Virus record (IMG/VR): IMGVR_UViG_3300043112_000103
Location: 1 to 53,046 of that record
Strand: one strand, 5' to 3'
DNA length: 53,046 nucleotides
Origin: a virus
Taxonomy: Duplodnaviria; Caudoviricetes
Shown here: piece after piece, positions 38,057 through 45,164 of the stretch
How the letters are laid out: every line of letters begins with the position of its first letter
Position numbering within the stretch: the stretch's first letter is position 1
Translations under genes and position numbers: made by a program
The notes under the pieces: generated by a model
The model's input: only the letters and a program-made list of their open reading frames with translations
Databases searched by the model: none
What the model was told of the DNA's origin: nothing

Positions 38057-38503
38057 TTGAAAATGGAAACCATAGAAGTGAAAGTGGAAAAAATCAACAA
38101 TTTAGCAGTTTTACCGAAGTACGCACACGAAGGCGACGCAGGTTTTGACTTATATTCGACAGATTGCGGAAGTCTTAAACCAGGCGAAACCAAAGTTTTC
38201 GGAACAGGTCTGAAAATGGAAATCCCGAAAGGTTACGCTGTGGCAATCCGACCTCGTAGTGGAATGAGTTTGAAAACCAGTTTGAGAATTGCAAATGCAC
38301 CCGGGACAATTGATTCTATTTACCGGGGTGAAGTTGGAATAATTTTGCAGAATACTGGAAAGAAAACTCTGCACATTGATATTGGCGACAGAATTGCGCA
38401 GGGCGTTCTTGAAAAAATTCCAACAGCTTCCTTTATAGCTGTGGACGACCTGTCAGAAACCGAACGGGGAGAAGGCGGTTTCGGCTCGACAGGAAAACAA
38501 TAA
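38057..38503 (+). CDS. dut: Trimeric dUTPase
   Basis: AGFDL, RSG, GTIDS.YRGE, RIAQ, RGEGGFGSTG. Confidence 0.96.
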   Translation: MKMETIEVKVEKINNLAVLPKYAHEGDAGFDLYSTDCGSLKPGETKVFGTGLKMEIPKGYAVAIRPRSGMSLKTSLRIANAPGTIDSIYRGEVGIILQNTGKKTLHIDIGDRIAQGVLEKIPTASFIAVDDLSETERGEGGFGSTGKQ

Positions 38504-38535
38504 ATAATATCCATTGATAATGAAGCATTTGAACT

Positions 38536-38566
38536 GGGCTGGCCATTCTTGGCTGGCCCGTTCTTT
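38536..38566 (+). terminator. Intrinsic terminator
   Basis: GGGCTGGCCA/TGGCTGGCCC stem then T-rich tail. Confidence 0.65.
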
Positions 38567-38606
38567 AAAAGTTTTTTAGAATATATTACAATTTCTTTAA
38601 AAAACG

Positions 38607-38636
38607 CTGGTAATTTGCCCGGAAGTTTGCTATGAT
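38607..38636 (+). promoter_or_regulatory. Repeated early promoter, copy 7 (lacks AGAATAT box)
   Basis: CTGGTA-N18-TATGAT. Confidence 0.7.
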
Positions 38637-38668
38637 GGTGTTAGTAAAGAAAGAGGGGGTGAAAAATA

Positions 38669-38737
38669 ATGAAAAAACAACTAACAGCAGAAGAAAAAAA
38701 GAACTTTAACTTAGGCGAATATCTATTAAATAACTAA
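38669..38737 (+). CDS. 22-aa peptide MKKQLTAEEKKNFNLGEYLLNN
   Basis: GAGGGGGTG site; FNLGEYL shared with 42178 ORF. Confidence 0.6.
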   Translation: MKKQLTAEEKKNFNLGEYLLNN

Positions 38738-38763
38738 ACCAAAAAATCGAGGAGGAATAAAAA

Positions 38764-38910
38764 ATGAGTAAGAAAATTGAAAGAATGAATGCTAAAATTA
38801 GAAATTTACAGCAAACACTGGCGACAGTAAGACAGCAGGAAGCGGATCTTAAAAGAGAACTTGAAAAAACAGTGCAGGAAAAAATTCAAATTTTAAATGA
38901 GGAGTTGTAA
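38764..38910 (+). CDS. 48-aa coiled-coil peptide
   Basis: GAGGAGG site; heptad pattern. Confidence 0.65.
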   Translation: MSKKIERMNAKIRNLQQTLATVRQQEADLKRELEKTVQEKIQILNEEL

Positions 38911-38914
38911 AAAA

Positions 38915-39040
38915 ATGTATAAAAAATTAGCACAAAAACTAAAAAATTCAGAAAGAATTATAATTCAAAAAGACAGGAAAGGAGGTTGGGTTTCAGACGG
39001 ATATAAGGCAATCGCTAAAGTTCTATTTAATATAATTTAA
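38915..39040 (+). pseudogene. Truncated paralog of 28573..29079
   Basis: KKLA..LK...RIIIQKD..GGWVSDGY vs KELA.EFR...LLVEKD..KYWVSDTY. Confidence 0.55.
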
Positions 39041-39141
39041 CTTTAAATTTGAGATTTGAACTTTGAAACCAAAACATAACTGCTGGGCAACAGGCAAAAC
39101 TGCCCGAAATATTTTTAAAAAAATCAAAGGAGGAATTTAAA

Positions 39142-39546
39142 ATGAATGAACTAGACAAAAAGTTACGTAAGTTGGACGAGGAAGGTAAAGTTGGCTGGAA
39201 CGAGGAAGGTTTCGAAAAACTGGATTATGATGAAAAGCTGGCGGCAAGTGTTGGTAATTTGATAGGACAGGTTTACAACGGTGGGCTACTTCAATATTAC
39301 GGAAATGGATATGGATTCGCAGACGAGTTTTTATTTCAAGAAGTTTCAGCGAAGCTGGACGTTCCAAACTTCCGCAATTGGCTCGACGAAGCAATAAGTG
39401 CCAACAGAGAATATGAAAATTTAGAGCCAATGCAATCGGCGTTCGACCTTGAAGTAACTTTCGACAGGCTCGACAGAAAGTTTTACGATAAATTAGGCGA
39501 AGCATTAGAAAAGGCAACCTGTGAATATTTGAAGGAGGAAAAATAA
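39142..39546 (+). CDS. Acidic DMP19/DUF4375-like protein
   Basis: QVYNGGLLQYY.N and FD.LD..FY motifs. Confidence 0.65.
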   Translation: MNELDKKLRKLDEEGKVGWNEEGFEKLDYDEKLAASVGNLIGQVYNGGLLQYYGNGYGFADEFLFQEVSAKLDVPNFRNWLDEAISANREYENLEPMQSAFDLEVTFDRLDRKFYDKLGEALEKATCEYLKEEK

Positions 39547-39782
39547 TGAATAAACAAAAACTTTTAAAAGAAGTCAGAAAAGCGGTCGATTACAACGAGC
39601 CACTTTTTATGAAAGGCGACCTTGAAGAAATGGTTTATGTGTATTCGCCGGAAGTTGAGCAGGAAATTTGGGATCCATTTTATGATTATACCGGGCTTTA
39701 TCCAGTCGACCCACTTGAAGAATATTCAAAGGAAACTTTGCTAAAATTTGTGAAAAACTTCCGGGAACAAGTGGAAAAATAA
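39546..39782 (+). CDS. Hypothetical acidic protein
   Basis: AGGAGG site. Confidence 0.7.
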   Translation: MNKQKLLKEVRKAVDYNEPLFMKGDLEEMVYVYSPEVEQEIWDPFYDYTGLYPVDPLEEYSKETLLKFVKNFREQVEK

Positions 39783-39826
39783 ATCAGAAAAAACTGGCGG
39801 GATTCGGAAAAAACTTCCGTTTTCCG

Positions 39827-39856
39827 CTGGCTTTATCTATTAGAATATGTTATAAT
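39827..39856 (+). promoter_or_regulatory. Repeated early promoter, copy 8
   Basis: CTGGCT-N18-TATAAT. Confidence 0.8.
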
Positions 39857-39888
39857 GGTATTAACATAAGAAAGAGGGGGAAATAAAA

Positions 39889-40092
39889 ATGAAAATTTGG
39901 AAGGCAAGCATATCTGATAGAAGGAATAACATAGACGACGACATTTACGCTTTGACTAAAGAGGAACTTGACAGCATAGGATTTAACGGCGTAGTTACTT
40001 GGGTCGGCCAAATCACAGGTGAACAGTTTTTAGAAGAATGTAACTGGGGATATAAAAAAGTAAGAACAGCCGTAGAAAAGGAGCTGAAATAA
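39889..40092 (+). CDS. Hypothetical early protein
   Basis: GAGGGGG site. Confidence 0.7.
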   Translation: MKIWKASISDRRNNIDDDIYALTKEELDSIGFNGVVTWVGQITGEQFLEECNWGYKKVRTAVEKELK

Positions 40093-40247
40093 TGAGAAAA
40101 TTTAAAATAATTTTAACTGGCGACAGCGAGATTGAACAGGAATATACAGTTTCAGCCGAGAATGAAGCGGCGGCTTATGCGAAGGCGTACGAATACCGGA
40201 AACATAATTACGGTACAAAAATAAAATCAGTAAAGGAGGTGAAATAG
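40092..40247 (+). CDS. Hypothetical 51-aa protein (not in track)
   Basis: AAGGAG site, TAATG coupling. Confidence 0.6.
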   Translation: MRKFKIILTGDSEIEQEYTVSAENEAAAYAKAYEYRKHNYGTKIKSVKEVK

Positions 40248-40248
40248 G

Positions 40249-40527
40249 ATGTTACGTAAAGAAATACTCACTGAACTGGAAAAAGAAACAGCGGAAGGAA
40301 GGCTGAAATATAGTTTTACGCTGGGCGAACTTTATGATATTGACCCGGAAACAGCCAGGAAAATTGAAAAGGAATTTAAAATGGGCGTTGATGATAAATT
40401 GGTAATTATTATTACTGACTGGACTATTTGTGGTTTTGCTGACTGGGAAGAAATGGTACCACTATTTGCTGAAAAATACGAACATTTCGATACTGAAACT
40501 CTGAAAAGTTACTTGGAGGTGATTTAA
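40249..40527 (+). CDS. Hypothetical acidic protein
   Basis: AGGAGGTG site. Confidence 0.7.
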   Translation: MLRKEILTELEKETAEGRLKYSFTLGELYDIDPETARKIEKEFKMGVDDKLVIIITDWTICGFADWEEMVPLFAEKYEHFDTETLKSYLEVI

Positions 40528-40606
40528 AATTAAACCAAACTGCCTGTGTGCAATAGCACCGTTTATTGAAGCACTATTTATTACAAATATAAGGGAGGAA
40601 TTTAAA

Positions 40607-41122
40607 ATGAAAATTAATGTTTATGAAATAGGGACACGTGTTAGGCTAAACAAAGATGTGCAGAATGATTATTACAAATTTGAAGAAGGAGAGATTGGAA
40701 AAGTAATTGAAACTGAAATTTACGAATCAGTGAAAATGGTGAAAGCAGAATTTGAAGGTGGTCGGAAATTGGTAACAGTGGTCGATAATTTAGAAATAAT
40801 AACCGGCTTTGTGGAAGGCGACGAGGTCGTTTTTGAGAATAGAAAATATGAGGTTTGGGGAACTTCCGAGGATTGTGTGGCCATAAAAAGGCCGGGCGAT
40901 TACAGGTTGGCGAAGGTGGGAGATTTAAAGTTGGCCCGGAATAGGTTTAACTTGAAAACAGGCGACCAAGTGGAATTGGTTACAGGCACAACTCATAGAA
41001 TTTTAGGCGGCGGTTTGGATACTTCCGACCAAGTTTATAAATACTTTACCAAGAATTTAGAAATTGGCTCACTTGGAATAGTCTGGGCCAATCAAATTAA
41101 AGAAATAACTTACTTGAAGTAA
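40607..41122 (+). CDS. Tandem SH3/KOW-like beta-barrel protein
   Basis: Three units: YEIGTRV, FVEGDEV, LKTGDQV. Confidence 0.6.
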   Translation: MKINVYEIGTRVRLNKDVQNDYYKFEEGEIGKVIETEIYESVKMVKAEFEGGRKLVTVVDNLEIITGFVEGDEVVFENRKYEVWGTSEDCVAIKRPGDYRLAKVGDLKLARNRFNLKTGDQVELVTGTTHRILGGGLDTSDQVYKYFTKNLEIGSLGIVWANQIKEITYLK

Positions 41123-41151
41123 TTGGGATATTTAAAATAGGAGGGTTTTAA

Positions 41152-41385
41152 TTGCTAAATAAAATTATAGATTGGTTTTCAAATCTCGGAACTAATGAGA
41201 ATAATAGTAGTGATGAAGGTATTGTGTTTTATACGAGTAAGTATGATGTCAAAGAAATGTTTGAGAAAGAAAAGGAAGCACATGTCTTAGTCTGTTTCTC
41301 ACTTTCTGATGAGGGTTGCCAAGACAATGATTATTATACCAAAATTAAAATAATAGAAATGAAGGAGGATTCTGATGAAGAATGA
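41152..41385 (+). CDS. Hypothetical acidic protein
   Basis: TTG after GGAGAGG. Confidence 0.55.
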   Translation: MLNKIIDWFSNLGTNENNSSDEGIVFYTSKYDVKEMFEKEKEAHVLVCFSLSDEGCQDNDYYTKIKIIEMKEDSDEE

Positions 41386-41572
41386 CGTTATAATCGAGCC
41401 GGGAATGAAAGTTACTTATAAAACTGAATTTGCAGAGGAAAAAGGAATTTTGAAAAGTTTAAGTGGCAATGAACACGCTTTCGTCGTTTACAATTGTAAC
41501 GGCGACTGGGATAGTTACGAAAATTATACAGCCGAAAGAACTAGAATTTGCGATTTAGAAGAGGGGTGGTAA
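41375..41572 (+). CDS. Hypothetical protein
   Basis: AGGAGG site. Confidence 0.7.
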   Translation: MKNDVIIEPGMKVTYKTEFAEEKGILKSLSGNEHAFVVYNCNGDWDSYENYTAERTRICDLEEGW

Positions 41573-41637
41573 GGCCCATAAACGCAAATGGATTTGTGTG
41601 CCGGGCCAACCACCCGGCTTTCTTCTTTATGGGCCTT
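41571..41637 (+). other. Predicted three-way-junction RNA structure / terminator
   Basis: 12-bp perfect outer stem enclosing two hairpins. Confidence 0.55.
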
Positions 41638-41681
41638 GCTTAAAAGAAGTATTTTTTATTGTGAAAAAACTTCCGATTATA

Positions 41682-41711
41682 TTAGCAATACCTGTTAGAA
41701 TATGTTATAAT
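41682..41711 (+). promoter_or_regulatory. Repeated early promoter, copy 9
   Basis: TTAGCA-N18-TATAAT, TTAGAATATG. Confidence 0.75.
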
Positions 41712-41757
41712 GGTCTTAGTAAGGAAGAAGGACATAAAAACCGAGGGGGAAATTAAA

Positions 41758-42012
41758 ATGAAAAACACAATGTTAGATAACTTAGAAGCAGAACTTGAAA
41801 AGGAAGGAATCACAGACTTCCGAGTTGACGGTGATATGGACGGATATACAGTTACAATCGGAGGCGGCTACCGACAGGTTTTAGTCGATATCCCAAACGA
41901 CTCCGAGTGGCACTATTTGGAAGTTTACAATCCAAATAAAGACACTTTTCATTATACAGCGAAGCGGAAAGGTTTAAAATCCGTAATCAATTACATTTAC
42001 AAGCACCTGTAA
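41758..42012 (+). CDS. Hypothetical early protein
   Basis: GAGGGGG site before ATG 41758. Confidence 0.7.
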   Translation: MKNTMLDNLEAELEKEGITDFRVDGDMDGYTVTIGGGYRQVLVDIPNDSEWHYLEVYNPNKDTFHYTAKRKGLKSVINYIYKHL

Positions 42013-42115
42013 TTGAAACTGAAATTTGAAATTGAATAACATAACGGAGCTGGGCCACTCCTTAAACGGCCCAAAAAATTTTCTTGAAAAAAACTTGAAA
42101 AACTTATGAAAAATG

Positions 42116-42145
42116 CTGGCTTTATTGGTTAGAATATGCTACAAT
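42116..42145 (+). promoter_or_regulatory. Repeated early promoter, copy 10
   Basis: CTGGCT-N18-TACAAT. Confidence 0.8.
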
Positions 42146-42177
42146 GGTAGTAGTAAATAAGAGAGGGGCGAAAAATA

Positions 42178-42438
42178 ATGAGAGATTTTAACTTAGGAGA
42201 ATACTTAAATAACAACGGGAAAGAGAAAATGAAGGAACGGGAAAGCAAAAGAACAGCCGACAGCGAACTGATAGATAAATATAAAAATGAAATTGAAAGT
42301 AAGATAGGGGATTTTGGAATTTGTGAGGTTTTTGAAGACGGCGAAGTAATTGTAGAAAATGAGTACGGCGAACTTTATTCAGTATTCGAATCATCAATAA
42401 TCGACAAACTATATATAAGAAGAAAGGAGGAATATTAA
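42178..42438 (+). CDS. Acidic early protein starting FNLGEYL
   Basis: GAGGGG site. Confidence 0.7.
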   Translation: MRDFNLGEYLNNNGKEKMKERESKRTADSELIDKYKNEIESKIGDFGICEVFEDGEVIVENEYGELYSVFESSIIDKLYIRRKEEY

Positions 42439-42439
42439 A

Positions 42440-42670
42440 ATGTTAGGGATTAGAACAGGGAATGATTGGCAACAAATTTTAAGAGAGGAACACGCAGAAC
42501 AGCGGCGAATGAGAAATGAACGTTGCCGGGAATTAGAGGAAAGTTTGGAGAACTGCCGGGCCATTTATGGAAGGCTCGAGGACGCAGGTTTCAAGGACGA
42601 GGAAGTTTTCACAAGGCTGGATAATATCGAAGAAAGTCTGCTGGAAGTTCTAAATAAATATAACGGTTGA
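42440..42670 (+). CDS. Hypothetical helical protein
   Basis: AGGAGG site. Confidence 0.7.
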   Translation: MLGIRTGNDWQQILREEHAEQRRMRNERCRELEESLENCRAIYGRLEDAGFKDEEVFTRLDNIEESLLEVLNKYNG

Positions 42671-42700
42671 GTTTTTAAAAAAATCAAAGGGGGAAACATA

Positions 42701-43015
42701 ATGAAAGAAGTAGTTAGTAAGGAATTTGTTTTGACACCGGAAGCGGCAGAATTGGCATTTAAAAGACATGATTCAATCGTAGTGGCCATTTGCGACAATG
42801 AAATATATAAACTAAATACTGTGAAAATGAATTTAGGTGATAATTACGAATATGCTTTTATTGCAATTAACGGTAAGACTTGGCTTAATGGAAGTTCCAA
42901 GGATATTTACCAAATGATTGAGCAATGTCAGAGTTATTGCAGACTGCTGGTTTTTGAAAATGAAATAGAATATTTCGAATGGCTCGCCAAAAAGGGAAAG
43001 GGGATTGTTAAATAA
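42701..43015 (+). CDS. Hypothetical protein, paralog of C-half of 34105..34674
   Basis: Shared motifs; AGGGGG site. Confidence 0.7.
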   Translation: MKEVVSKEFVLTPEAAELAFKRHDSIVVAICDNEIYKLNTVKMNLGDNYEYAFIAINGKTWLNGSSKDIYQMIEQCQSYCRLLVFENEIEYFEWLAKKGKGIVK

Positions 43016-43350
43016 TGAAAAAATTAGATTACATTTTAGAAGTGCATGACTTGGTGCGGGAACTTTACCGAGATTATAATGTGTTGGGAATATCAGAGGA
43101 TAGTATTCATTTGAAGATTGGTGAGTTTTTGAAGCACTTCGGGAATGAAATCGAAAGTTATTCTTGGGTCTTTGACGAGGATAGAGTTTCCGGAGGGGCT
43201 TTTCACTTATACTCCTATTATCAAGGAATGAAATTTGTCGGAGTTTTCAATGATTATAATATGAATGAATATTTCCGCTTTGTGAACAATAATGAAAAAG
43301 TTGGCAACTTACGGGAAGCAATGCAAATCAAATTTAAGGAGGTAAATTAA
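43015..43350 (+). CDS. Hypothetical protein
   Basis: TAATG coupling. Confidence 0.65.
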   Translation: MKKLDYILEVHDLVRELYRDYNVLGISEDSIHLKIGEFLKHFGNEIESYSWVFDEDRVSGGAFHLYSYYQGMKFVGVFNDYNMNEYFRFVNNNEKVGNLREAMQIKFKEVN

Positions 43351-43351
43351 A

Positions 43352-43609
43352 TTGAAAAACAATAATTTTGCAGATAACAAGCATTTAGAAAAACTTGGGG
43401 CGGCCGGAAAAACTGAATTGCTTTGCCCGGAATGTGGCTGGGCGACTACTATCAAGAATATTGATTTTAAAACTATAATTGTAATGCACCGAATGCAAAG
43501 AATGAGTGGTTTTGAATCTATACAGGCCAATTTGGATTCGGAGGACCGGACTTATTTCTGTCCGGTGTGTGGTGAGGGAAGTATTGCTAAAGAATGGGAG
43601 GTGGCATAG
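43352..43609 (+). CDS. Zinc-ribbon protein
   Basis: CPECG...CPVCG; TTG after AGGAGG. Confidence 0.7.
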   Translation: MKNNNFADNKHLEKLGAAGKTELLCPECGWATTIKNIDFKTIIVMHRMQRMSGFESIQANLDSEDRTYFCPVCGEGSIAKEWEVA

Positions 43610-43610
43610 A

Positions 43611-43907
43611 TTGAAATATATTACAAAAGAGGGCGTTTTGCTACTTAAAGCATACAGGATAGACGAGCTGGAAAAATTCCCAAAGGCTGTTGCAATAAAA
43701 AAACTGTCAGAGTTTCAGCCGTTCACTAAGGGTGATTTCACAGAGGAACAAATCATTCAGTTCAGCAACGCAAATGAGTATCTATACACCAAAAAGGGCG
43801 AGCATATTCCTCTAATATACACAGTTGGCCCGTCGGGAAGTATCTGTGCAATGAATTTGAAAGTGGCCGGAGAGCAAATTCCGGTGAAAATTCAGAGCAA
43901 ATTTTAA
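43611..43907 (+). CDS. Hypothetical protein
   Basis: TTG after GGGAGG. Confidence 0.55.
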   Translation: MKYITKEGVLLLKAYRIDELEKFPKAVAIKKLSEFQPFTKGDFTEEQIIQFSNANEYLYTKKGEHIPLIYTVGPSGSICAMNLKVAGEQIPVKIQSKF

Positions 43908-43967
43908 TAAATATGGCCCATTTTATATAAAATGAAATAAAATGAAATAAAATTTTATATAAATTCA

Positions 43968-43995
43968 GCTCCCGTTTTACACAGCGGGAGTTTTC
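43968..43995 (+). terminator. Intrinsic terminator ending early region
   Basis: GCTCCCG/CGGGAGT stem plus T-run. Confidence 0.7.
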
Positions 43996-44121
43996 TATTT
44001 CCAAAATATGTCTGCTTTATGTTAAATTCGTTGGATATTGTGCGAACTTTGTACAAGGTTTTAAGGCGTTTTATATAAAAAGGGCCATAATTACTTTGTA
44101 CTTCATTTCACTTTCGAAAAA

Positions 44122-44350
44122 ATATATGGCAAATATGGAGGTCAAATCGGAAAACTTTTTTAAAAATGAGGGAAAAGGCGTTAGAACATATTTTAGCGAT
44201 TTTTAAAAAAGTTTTCTATTATTACTTCCATATTCCTTATATGTACTTTCTTTTCTAAAACTATTTTAAAATAAAGTACATATAAAAATAAGTATTTAGT
44301 TTGAAATAAAAAAGTTTTCGAAAAGAAACGCCATATTCGCCATATTTTTT
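44122..44350. repeat. Non-coding repeat element B (inverted copy of 17281-17492)
   Basis: About 167/212 identical, ungapped, by manual count. Confidence 0.85.
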
Positions 44351-44564
44351 CCTTATATTACCAATGCTGACAGTAATAACTAACAATTAGTAAAGGCTTC
44401 CATATATGTTTTATGCTGTAATTGACTGGTCTTTTTTGGGCTTCACTTCCTTATTAAAACTTTATTTCCATTTATACTCTTTTATTGGTTTTTATTTCCA
44501 AAGAGAAAAAATTCACAAGGTTTTATATAAAAACGTTAATTTTTACTATAAATGTAATATATTT

Positions 44565-44593
44565 TTGACAAAGTTATTAAAATCAGATATAAT
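44565..44593 (+). promoter_or_regulatory. Consensus sigma-A promoter for ParB/ATPase/GNAT/terminase operon
   Basis: TTGACA-17-TATAAT. Confidence 0.85.
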
Positions 44594-44621
44594 TAGGGTA
44601 GAATACAAGGAGGTGGAAATT

Positions 44622-45164
44622 TTGAAAATTTCAGACAAAATTGTAAAGATGAGTGTCGAGGAAATTCTTCCTTACCACAACAATCCAAAAAAGCACCCGG
44701 CAGAACAGGTCGATAAAATTGCGAGCAGTATCAGACATTACGGTTTCGTTCAGCCGATTGTAATTGACGGAAATAATGAAATAATTTTGGGCCACGGAAG
44801 ATTTCAGGCCGCAAAGAAACTTAAAATGGAAGAAGTGCCTGTTGTAGTGAAAGACGATTTAACCGAAAGCGAGGTCAAGGCTTTAAGAATTGCCGACAAT
44901 AAAGTGGCCGAGAGTGATTGGGATATGGATATGCTAGAACTAGAATTTGAGCAGATAGAGGACGAGTTTTCCGGTTTTGACCCGGACGAGATAGAGGATA
45001 TTATGGCCGACTTTAATGACGAAGTAAAGGACAAAGAAGACCTGTCGGACAAAATTCACGAAGAATTTCAAGTGATTGTAAAGTGCGAAACGGAAGCAGA
45101 ACAAGAGCAACTTTTTTACCAGCTTACAGAGGAGGGTTACAATTGCCAAGTTTTAACATTGTAA
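44622..45164 (+). CDS. ParB/Srx N-terminal domain protein
   Basis: PY..NP..H...QV..IA.SI..YGF..PIVID....I..GHGR..AA, RIADNK; TTG after AGGAGG. Confidence 0.9.
   Translation: MKISDKIVKMSVEEILPYHNNPKKHPAEQVDKIASSIRHYGFVQPIVIDGNNEIILGHGRFQAAKKLKMEEVPVVVKDDLTESEVKALRIADNKVAESDWDMDMLELEFEQIEDEFSGFDPDEIEDIMADFNDEVKDKEDLSDKIHEEFQVIVKCETEAEQEQLFYQLTEEGYNCQVLTL

Noticed and set aside
42010-42045. ATTGAAAC/TTGAAA runs as a CRISPR repeat or RNA anti-CRISPR
   Set aside because: No full-length repeat, no regular spacers, no array; treated as part of the 3' element
44406-44621. N-terminal extension of the ParB ORF in the track
   Set aside because: Overlaps promoter; SD supports TTG at 44622
22747-45145. 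Frequent TTG/GTG starts as a special translation system
   Set aside because: Common in Firmicutes and their phages when SD sites are strong
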